Under the pieces are notes generated by a model. That model made no database searches, was not told the origin of the DNA, and saw only the letters and a list, made by a program, of their open reading frames with translations. A program made the position numbers and the translations under genes. Shown here in pieces: positions 55,178-64,000 of a DNA stretch of 64,000 bases. Every line of letters begins with the position of its first letter. Positions within the stretch are counted from its first letter, which is position 1. This stretch comes from Hydrolagus colliei (Eukaryota): assembly GCA_035084275.1 (NCBI GenBank), contig CM068752.1:2604001-2668000 (forward strand), given 5' to 3'.

Positions 55178-55303
55178 CATCCCTTTGTGAGGAGTGTGAC
55201 TGACAGCAAGCCCCTCAGGGAGCTGGTAGCAGAGGCGAAAGCTGAAGTCATGGACGAGATTGAAGACAACCGCGAGGAAGATGATGAATCAGACCATTTG
55301 TCA
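55178..55303 (+). CDS. STK10: STK10 coding exon 8
   Basis: [42 protein letters not shown]; 126 nt. Confidence 0.95.
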
Positions 55304-55585
55304 GTAAGTGACGACTTGAAATTATCCAGATCAGGGGATGGTCAACCTGTGGGCTGAGTGTAATGCACACGTTCCTGCCGCCTATGTCTGTCTGGCCCGT
55401 TTTGAGACGTCTAGGAGATGTGAAAAGCGCGATATCAAATGCAAGTATTATTATTATCATCACGTAACCCAATGGTGGGAAACCCGCATAACTTTTCTTG
55501 ATTATTTCATGATCGATACCCCCACCATAAATATCGTCGCTCATTAGCTACTCCAAAACGCTACCCAGAGTGCAGGGCGCTATTT

Positions 55586-55908
55586 AATAATAATCCTTGC
55601 ATTTAATAGAGCGCTTTTCACATCTTCTAGACGTCTCAAAGCGCTTCACAGAATATACTGAAAAAGTGAATTGATTGTATATTTGTGAGCAAAGTGTGGC
55701 AGCCAATTGCGCACAGCAGTGTCCCCACAAACAGTCGTGGATTGAAATGACCAATTTTATTAGTTTTTTTTTTGAAGGGATTATTATTACGTGTGTGTGT
55801 GTGTGGAGTAAGGAAATTTGCCCAGGGTTTCACCCTGACCTGGCTGGATTCGAACACAAGTCTCACACTTGCCAGGCGAGCGCTCTAACCACTGAGCTAC
55901 AGGAGCTC
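55586..55908 (-). mobile_element. Full-length tRNA-derived SINE
   Basis: Reverse copy with intact head CTCTAACCACTGAGCTACAGGAGCTC. Confidence 0.9.
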
Positions 55909-56241
55909 CAATATGAATGCAAGGTGGTGGTGTTGTTCAGTAAACCAAACCTTGATTTAACACATACTCGCCTAGACGCGTGCAAATGTTCCAACAGTCA
56001 CTTCACAGGATGTGAGTTGGCCACCACTTAATGCAGTCTGTTTGTGAACAGCCTGGATACAAACTTGTGCGTTTTGATACCAGCGAGGTTTTGATGATTG
56101 TTTTGCAATCCAAATTAGGATAACCCCACTTCTAGATCTACTAACATCACATAAATGTTTTGTGAGCTAATACAGGGTAATAGGATGTTTTCTGCGAAAG
56201 TTAAAAATCCCTTAACAAAAAAATATGTTTCTCCCCATTAG

Positions 56242-56862
56242 CCATCTTCAGGTCATACTCGTGCTTTGTCTGAGCTGAGTCAGATCAGTCTGGATGCAGA
56301 AAAGCTTCCCAAGACTCCAGAACCTGCGGATGTCAATGGAGTGAAGGCTGAAGGTGCCAAGGTTCAAGCTGACAAGTCCAGCGATGAGGGCATCTGCAGC
56401 AGTGACAGTGACAAGGCGGAGAGCGAGAACTCTGTGAAGAGCAGGAGTACAGACTCGGGAATCGAAGACGGAAAAGTCAGCCCCGGCGCGCAGGACAAGT
56501 CTGAAAAGGATGCGCAGGCGGACGAGAAATCGAATGACGTCCACATTTCCGCACGAGCTTCGGAAGAGATCAAACCACCGGCGGAGAGTTCCCCTCCGCG
56601 GGAGCAAAACTTGCCGGATGTCTGTGTGTCTGCTCAGATCGATGATGCCGCCGATGCAAAGAATGGGGATGTTTTCCTGAGGGCCAGGGAAACTAAAACG
56701 GATGAAAATCTCCCTCTGAACGAAATACTGGATTCCACTGGTCAAAAATCCAAAAGGGATTCTGACTGGGGCAGTGTGTCTGCCTCCGACAGCATTGACC
56801 TGACTATCTCGCTTTCAGCGGACCTTTCAGTGAACAAGGAAACTGGTTCCATTTCCATACGG
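56242..56862 (+). CDS. STK10: STK10 coding exon 9 (acidic linker)
   Basis: 621-nt open exon ending DWGSVSASDSIDLTISLSADLSVNKETGSISIR; cattag acceptor, gtaaga donor. Confidence 0.9.
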
Positions 56863-56924
56863 GTAAGATTTCTGTTGTTCTTCTCGTGTTGAAATCCCAG
56901 GGAATCGCTGCCTTACTGACATTG

Positions 56925-57360
56925 ATCACACCAGGCCTCGCCAGACTGCACTGGCTCCCAGTCCCGGAGAGGATCGATTTCAAGATCTCACTCTTGTCTT
57001 CAAATCTCTTCACTCCTCTGCGCGCCCCCCTGCCTACCTCTCCGACCTCCTCTCTCCTCACTACTGTACCACGTTGAATTCTCTCCACCGGTGGCTGTGC
57101 CTTCAGCCACTATGCCCCGAGGCTGTGGAACTCCCTTCCTCACTCCCTTCGCCTCGTCCCCCTCTCTTCCTATTCTCGGAGCCAATATTCTCACATTGGT
57201 TTAATAATGTGTCCTACTCTCAAAATAAAAGGTCTCAAGACCGTTCTTTTCGACTGAGCTTTCGGTCACCTTTTTCCCCCTCCCCCCCCCCATCCCCGGC
57301 TCGGCCCCGGGATCCGTTATTGGGAAGCGCACCGTCTATATAAATCCAAGTTGTCGTTGA
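56925..57360 (+). mobile_element. L2 3' fragment (second subfamily)
   Basis: ITPGLARLHWLPVPERIDFKISLL; similar to 48905-49332. Confidence 0.85.
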
Positions 57361-57506
57361 GTGTCGGCATTCAAGGGAATTGTGTCATTTGCTTCTGTTT
57401 CAATTTGAAATCGTGGTTCAGAGCTTTCGTTGTTGACCACCGATCCACCTTTGCGATTTGCGTGCCGATTTCTCACCAGTAAGCAGCTATTTGTTTGCTC
57501 TCCCAG

Positions 57507-57637
57507 AACGCCAAAGCACACAACAAAACTCTGAAACGAACCCGGAAGTTTGTGGTCGACGGAGTTCAAGTGAGCGTCACAACGTCGAAGATTATTGGTG
57601 AAGATGAAAAGAAAACCGAAGAGATGCGATTCCTCAG
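57507..57637 (+). CDS. STK10: STK10 coding exon 10
   Basis: [44 protein letters not shown]; 131 nt; non-canonical GC donor AG|gcaagt. Confidence 0.94.
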
Positions 57638-57799
57638 GCAAGTGGAAAGGATTCTCTTTTGTTTCTTACATTGTCCCAAAACATCCAGTATTACTTTTGC
57701 AAAAACTCGTTTGTCTTTACTGCCATCCAGTACAATTAATGTCTGGGTCGTGCAACAACGCATTGGACGAGGACATGAAGCAAATCTGACGACAATCAT

Positions 57800-58140
57800 C
57801 GTTTCATTTGATACAGCCTTATCACGTCTTTGAGACGTCTCAAAGAGCTTCACAAAGTATACCGTAAAGTAAATTGACTGTATATTTTGTTGCCGAAACG
57901 TGGCAGCCAAATGCGCACTGCACTGTCCCACAAACAGTTGTGGATTGAGTAACCAATTTAGTATTTATTTCTCTTTAATTTGGTTTGAATGGATTGGTAC
58001 CCCCATATTTGCCAATTGACTAATAACCTGGGTTCCTACTTACTGCTAGGTAAACAGAAGCATGTGGAGTAAGGAAACCTGCTCAATGTTTTGCCCAGTC
58101 TGGGAATCAAGCCCAAGTTCTTTAACTTGGTCTAACCACC
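57800..58140 (-). mobile_element. tRNA-derived SINE, long subfamily
   Basis: Reverse copy with TTCCTACTTACTGCTAGGTAAACAGA insert. Confidence 0.8.
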
Positions 58141-58225
58141 ATAAACAGTGGGTGATAAATGAGTGGAAAATGAACAGTTCACGGTGATGTGGGGAGGCTG
58201 ATCATGAATATTTTTGAATCGATAG

Positions 58226-58349
58226 GCGACAGGAACTGCGGGAGCTGAGATTGCTACAGAAGGAGGAACATAGAGCCCAGACTCAACTGACTGCCAAACT
58301 ACAGCAGCAACAAGAGCAAATGCTTCGCCGATTTGACCAAGAGATGAAT
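58226..58349 (+). CDS. STK10: STK10 coding exon 11
   Basis: [41 protein letters not shown]; 124 nt. Confidence 0.95.
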
Positions 58350-58884
58350 GTATGATTTTATTATTTTGCCTCTTCTAATTTTCTTTTCTTTTTAAATGAA
58401 GTGACAATGACTGTTTGCTGGAGGCTTGATTTGCAGTTTCTATCTGAGGTGATCTCGGGTTGGCGATAGAAATATGGCCATCTTGTCACCCGCTATCTAT
58501 CAGCTGTCAGCGATCCTTATGCTTTCAGTCAGTAGAGTGATTTGCGCTGTTGATTTAGCAACATGTCCTTGCGTATCTGTGCCTCTGGATAGATACACAT
58601 GATTGTTAAAGATCTGGACATTCATTGCAGTCCATATTATTGATCTTCCCTTCTAAAATGCACGCTCTTAAGATACGTCGATTGAACATTTTGGTTCCAA
58701 GCCGCGCCTTTGTGTGAAAGAATAATTTAACCCGTTCCTTCGAATTTTGAAAATGGAATTGTATAACTGCAGGAATTTACTGCGCAGAAGAAAGCCTTTC
58801 GACCCATCGTGTCTGTGCTCGTTCCTTTTGCGAGTGAGGAGATATTAGAGTTGCTATGTGTTTTTTTTTAATAAATATATGCAG

Positions 58885-59064
58885 GGAAAGAAAAAGTTCT
58901 TTGACACAGAGTTGGAAAACTTGGAAAGGCAACAGAAGCAGCTGATTGAGAAGATGGAGCAGGACCACACAAGCCGTCTTCGTGACGAGGCCAAGAGAAT
59001 TAAGGCTGAGCAAGAAAAGGAATACGCCAAATTCCTGGAGCAGCTGAAAACCCAGAAGAAAGAA
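58885..59064 (+). CDS. STK10: STK10 coding exon 12
   Basis: [60 protein letters not shown]; 180 nt. Confidence 0.95.
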
Positions 59065-59935
59065 GTAAGATTCGAGCAAGTTTTAGTCCCAACGGGTGTC
59101 TGTGTGTGGGTTTTTTTTCTCCCTCCCCCCCACCCCCCCCCCCCCTTTCCCACCTAAATTTCCTGAAACTTTTATGTCGGGGTTTGAAACTTTCAGAATG
59201 GGAAACTTTCCAATCACTTGTGGTCTGGTCTCTCTGTTTGAAATGAATGCGGTGATCAAGGTAATTTACTAATCATGAATGTTGCTGTATCTCGTGGGTT
59301 TGAGAAAATTTCAACCGATGTAATCTGAGATCTTAATCTGATTTGTTTGGAAAAATGCAGGAGCATTGTGTGTGTTTAACCTCTCACTCTTTTTTCTTTC
59401 TTTGACTCGTCTATCTCTTCTGTTACTGGTTTCTGAACACTTTTAGTGAACGTCATTCTGTCCTGATCTCCTTTCAGTTGAAGCAGATGGAATTTAAGGT
59501 GCACAGGAATGTGGGGTTTTATTGTGGGAAACATTTTTATTGGGAATGAAAACAGTCATCTACATCTCATCTTTGGTGCCTGAAGTTATGTTATAACTTT
59601 GTTATCCTCTGCATCAATCGAAATACTTGGGTGTGATATAAACTGGGATTTCAGTCCTCTCCATCAGCCATTTCACTTCAAATTATGCACGCATTTCTGT
59701 TTCTCAGATGTAACGTTTTTTCGTACTGTTTTAAAATTCTGTTTCTCCCCTTCTCTTCAGGACTCCAGTACTAAAGCTAAATGGGTGGACACCCAATCTA
59801 TATAGGCTCTGTGTAGTGAGACAATATCTCGCTATAATGACAATGTGCTAGCAACAGCACATTGAAGCAATACTCTCATCTCTTCTTGTAGGGAAATTAC
59901 TTAATTTCCCTTGGTCTGGCATGATTGAGATGAGC

Positions 59936-60070
59936 NNNNNNNNNNNNNNNNNNNNNNNNNNNNNNNNNNNNNNNNNNNNNNNNNNNNNNNNNNNNNNNNN
60001 NNNNNNNNNNNNNNNNNNNNNNNNNNNNNNNNNNNNNNNNNNNNNNNNNNNNNNNNNNNNNNNNNNNNNN
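59936..60070. other. Assembly gap
   Basis: Run of N. Confidence 1.
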
Positions 60071-61150
60071 NATATGAAGAGTTTTTAAACAAAACAATTT
60101 TTAATACCTGGAGAATTCTGGGATTCTCCTCTGTAACCCCTAGGAACTTTGAGAGCACCAATATCAGACAAGATCCCGGTAGCAGAATTTCTAGGTTTCT
60201 AGCTTCATTCATATAAGCACAACCATCTCCTATCCAGTTTGTTGGTGTGATCTGATGAGGGTTGAGATCTAGTCTGGGGACACACGTGGAAGTGTCGATC
60301 CTAATCTTGTAATCATGTCCCTGAACCTTGTAGTAGTGGAGTCCGTTCAGGCAGGAACAGAGAGGTAAGTGCTTTCTTTTCAACCAGCGAGAGCTCACTT
60401 TCTATCAGTTGGGGCATCGGAGGAGAAACAGCCCAGCTTCAAAGTGTGATGGAAATCAAGGAATTTTCATAACTTCAAAAGCATTTTTTAAATGGTGCAG
60501 CATATTTGCTCTGAGACATATCCAAATTCCAGGGGCCAGAAATGACCCTAAATAGCCAAACCCAATTCTTGTCCCATATATAGCCGTATGGTTGTACCGG
60601 GGTTTATTCCTGTCGATCAGCACAGCCCCAAAATGATTCAGAGAAGAACAACTCATTTTGCCAAACCCATGAAGACTTGTGTATGTACTCTTCCTTTCCC
60701 TTGTCGTTTCAGTATCTCTCTTTATGAAATTAAAAAAAACACACCAGAAAATGAGGCACAAATTCAATTAATAAAAGAAACGTCACTCCGAGCAGACTTG
60801 TATTTTGTAAGAAATGTTGAAGTGGTGGAAGTACTTCAGCTTTGGATGATTCTTCATTTTCTTCAACTCTTTTAATGCCTTGCTTCCCTTCTCTACATAC
60901 CTCCCTTCCACCAAAACACCTTTCACTTTATGTAAAGCAATATTGTGGTAAAGGGCCTCGGTGTCTGTCACTTAAATGAACTGACAATAAAATGGCTTTA
61001 GTTTAACTTTAGGCCACGATTATTTGGCTAAGTTTCTATTTGGCTTTACTGTATTTAGTATTGCTCTTCACGCTCTCTCCTGACATCTCTACGTTCAGTG
61101 AGGATTATTAGGTTATCCGCTAAAATGTGTACTTTTTTGTTGTACATTAG

Positions 61151-61243
61151 GTAAAGAGTGAGGTTGACAAACTTCCCAGACACCAACGCAGAGACAGCAT
61201 GAAACAAAAAATGGGAGAATTTTCACAGAAGAAACATGCACAG
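61151..61243 (+). CDS. STK10: STK10 coding exon 13 (93 nt)
   Basis: VKSEVDKLPRHQRRDSMKQKMGEFSQKKHAQ; cattag acceptor, gtagca donor; gene continues beyond window. Confidence 0.9.
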
Positions 61244-62467
61244 GTAGCAGCAGTAAATAGAAATAATACATTGCAATAGCCTGAAAAATCAACTAAGTAA
61301 ACTGGTTCCAGCCCAGTCTCAAGCTGGTCAAAATCCAATGAACCCTCCTGCTCCCCTCCACCCCCCTCCTCCCCTAAACCTCTCAATCCCATAGCATCTA
61401 TTTTCCCTTTTATCCCATTAAAATATTTAATCCTGTCCCTAACTGTGGCACAGAAGCCTTTAACCACATACTGAAGGCTTAAATACCTTCCCTAACTACC
61501 CTTTATCAAAGGAAATGGTATAGTTTTTACTAATTAATATATCGATAGCCGTCCCCTCCTCGTGAAATGCCTGAATTTATAAGTAGAGATGCCAAACATT
61601 TTTCCTCATCAAGAAAGGTTCTGGTGGCCCAGCTCTAAGACACTTGAATAGGTTTGTGTTTCGAACTCTTTGGTTTAGTAGCAATGTTTTGGGGGATGTA
61701 ATGGATAGAAGGTCGTCTGCCTTTTATTTCAGTCACAAAGAAAGACTGAAACTCAAGGCAAATTTACTTTCAGCCCTCGAACAACGATGGATTCTAAGCT
61801 TGATGACGACCCCTGCTTTTGAATCGTGGGCTTCACTTGCTGCTTGTTCATTCTTTTACTGTGGAGTGAGATGGATGGTGTTGCCCAGGATCAGCTTGTG
61901 AACATGAGCTGCCCCTTTTTTTTTGTTGTTGTCCACAAGACCACCCACTGTCCTTCTGATGGATTAACCTCTTAGAGAAACGCAGGCTTTATCTGCGGTG
62001 AGGTTTTTGGCAATCCCGTGGTTGCCGGGAGTGTTTTGATCTCTTTCTCTTAACTCTGGCAATGGTAATGATCTATTTGGGCCAACCCATCTTGTGTGAA
62101 AATGAGTTGGGCCCTGTGTGTTTGTATGGAATGATTAGGTTTACAGCACAGAAGGAGGCCAATTGAACTATTCACCAGATATGCACTGTGATTGGATCAC
62201 TTTAAATAATGCCAGTATGCATTGCTAATACCTTCACCGCAATATTTTACACGACGAAAAACAGTGGCCTTGTGTTTTATTTGATATTTCCTTGACTTAT
62301 GAGAAATTAAATTCACTGTAATTTGGGTTACAAACTGATGAAGCAGGGAAGTGAATGCGGCAATTAAGTATCGATCGACCTTTTTGTTGAAGATATTTTG
62401 GTAATTTTTTTTAAAAAACAGTGATATTCTCGAATATAGCGTAACAGATAGTAATGAGGTTCCTATA

Positions 62468-62698
62468 CAGTAAAACCTTGATAAACCGACATTCCGAAAC
62501 CTAGCAACTCCCAGAAACCGGCAAGATCTCGAAATATCCAGAAGCTCACGTGTTTGGGGCAGGGCTCACGTGGCTCACGTGATGTATGGGGCAGGGCTTC
62601 CCCAGCCGTTTCTTAGGGTTGGTTTCCAAATATCGGCAAACTCCGAAATCCAGGAGGTGAGTGGGGCCCAACCATGCTGGATTGTCGAGGTTTTACTG
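62468..62698. mobile_element. Tigger/pogo-like MITE with TA target-site duplication
   Basis: TA|CAGTAAAACCTTGATAAACCGACA ... TGCTGGATTGTCGAGGTTTTACTG|TA. Confidence 0.82.
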
Positions 62699-64000
62699 TA
62701 CCAAATTCCAATAGTAGCCTGTTCTTTTTTAAAAAAAATCATAATATCATTGCTTTTGCGGGTTAAATGCCCAAATGTTCTTATTAGCAATGGACAAGGA
62801 GCTTTTAATTTGGGTTATGTATATATTTATGTATATATATATTTATGTACCTGTATATATTTATCTAGCTGTATATATTTCTGTATATATTTATCTGGGA
62901 CGCTTATGGAACGGTCGGTCATATTTGCTCTGCTCTTGTTTGCTTTTCATCCTTATTTTTGCTAAACCAACCAAATCTCGACTGACCCACACGGAGCTCT
63001 TAAAGGTTGGATAATGTCTGAAGGTTTAGTGCATCTCTCGCCAACTTGGAGGTATTTCCCACCCAATGGAAATGTTGGATGGGCTTGTTAGACTGTGCTC
63101 TTCCCAAGAGGCTCTACTGCGCATTTGTGCAATACCAGCTATGAGATCTCAACACGACCATCAACAACAAGTTACATTTGTGTTTCCTTCTGCTGTGAAA
63201 GGCGGCATCCAAATGCAAATTGTTGTTGTTGAGATGCTCGAGATGCTGACTTACAGGCTTCAGGCACTAAAAACAACAACGGCCAATTTCCAGGACTACA
63301 TGTCACCCGCGATGTCACTTCCTATGTCTTGTGTAGGAAGTGATGTGGTCGGTGGCCAAAGGTTAGCCATGTTTTCAGGATTTGTTTAATGTCCCGTCTG
63401 AGATGTTGGGACCCAAGTGATCCTGTTATAATGGTTTCCCTCGAATGGTTGTGCTTTTAATATTATATAATATTAAAAAAGTTAATTGTTCATTCTGTTA
63501 AACCCTGTTGTTTGACTTCTGTGCATTTTCCTACATGGACTATGCGGCTTCATGACCTATGTTCAGGCTGCTCTGTGAAATGGACCTTTAGTTTCCTTTC
63601 AGCTCCACTGTTCTCTCGTGATTATTACCTGCTGTGGTTCCTGTACGTCAGAAATCTCTTGTCCTTTTCTGATTCTGTATTCCCTGATCACTGGCCATGC
63701 ATCATGTGTGTTGCAAGTCGTTCGGTAATGTATTGTGTTTTGTTGTTCACTGTCTTCTTTGGATCTTTGGTGTGCTTCTTATACCTGTGCCTTCCAACCC
63801 TCAATGACTTGTGTTCTTCACAGATTAAGACGATGGAAATGAATGTTTTCGGTATATTGCAGGCAGTCAGTCCAATCTTTGACCAGTTTCCTTTTCTAGA
63901 GAGACCGTAGCTAATGAAGGCGCAGTGGACTACATTGCAAAATCTTAAATGATCATCAATGGACTTTTCTCAATGACTCCCATTAACGTCCCGAAATACC

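Noticed and set aside
59901-60398. 165-aa ORF across the gap
   Set aside because: Inflated by Ns; the remainder looks like a decayed LINE fragment

Overview
Vertebrate genomic DNA, most likely a cartilaginous fish and plausibly a chimaera (holocephalan). This is inferred from the dense tRNA-derived SINEs with L2-type tails, L2/CR1 fragments and a shark-type repeat at about 8.3 kb. The window holds the conserved block found on human 5q35.1: UBTD2 (+, 3 coding exons, 234 aa, complete), EFCAB9 (-, 4 coding exons, 211 aa, complete) and STK10/LOK (+, coding exons 1-13, continuing past the window end, one GC-AG intron). The most interesting signal is missed by the ORF track. On the minus strand at about 4.7-7.2 kb lie three spliced but degraded exons encoding the first and second SH3 domains of a SORBS-family adaptor (CAP/ArgBP2/vinexin), with frameshifts and an in-frame TGA. 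Its position in the chr5 member of the chr4/5/8/10 paralogon suggests it is the fossil of a lost fourth SORBS ohnolog. Other leads are a 21-nt (one heptad) candidate microexon in the STK10 coiled coil, inverted SINEs tightly bracketing STK10 exon 2, apparently shifted EF-hand loop usage in EFCAB9, an orphan coding-like exon at 7.7 kb, and two Tigger-like MITEs. Protein comparisons are from recalled family sequences, not database searches.
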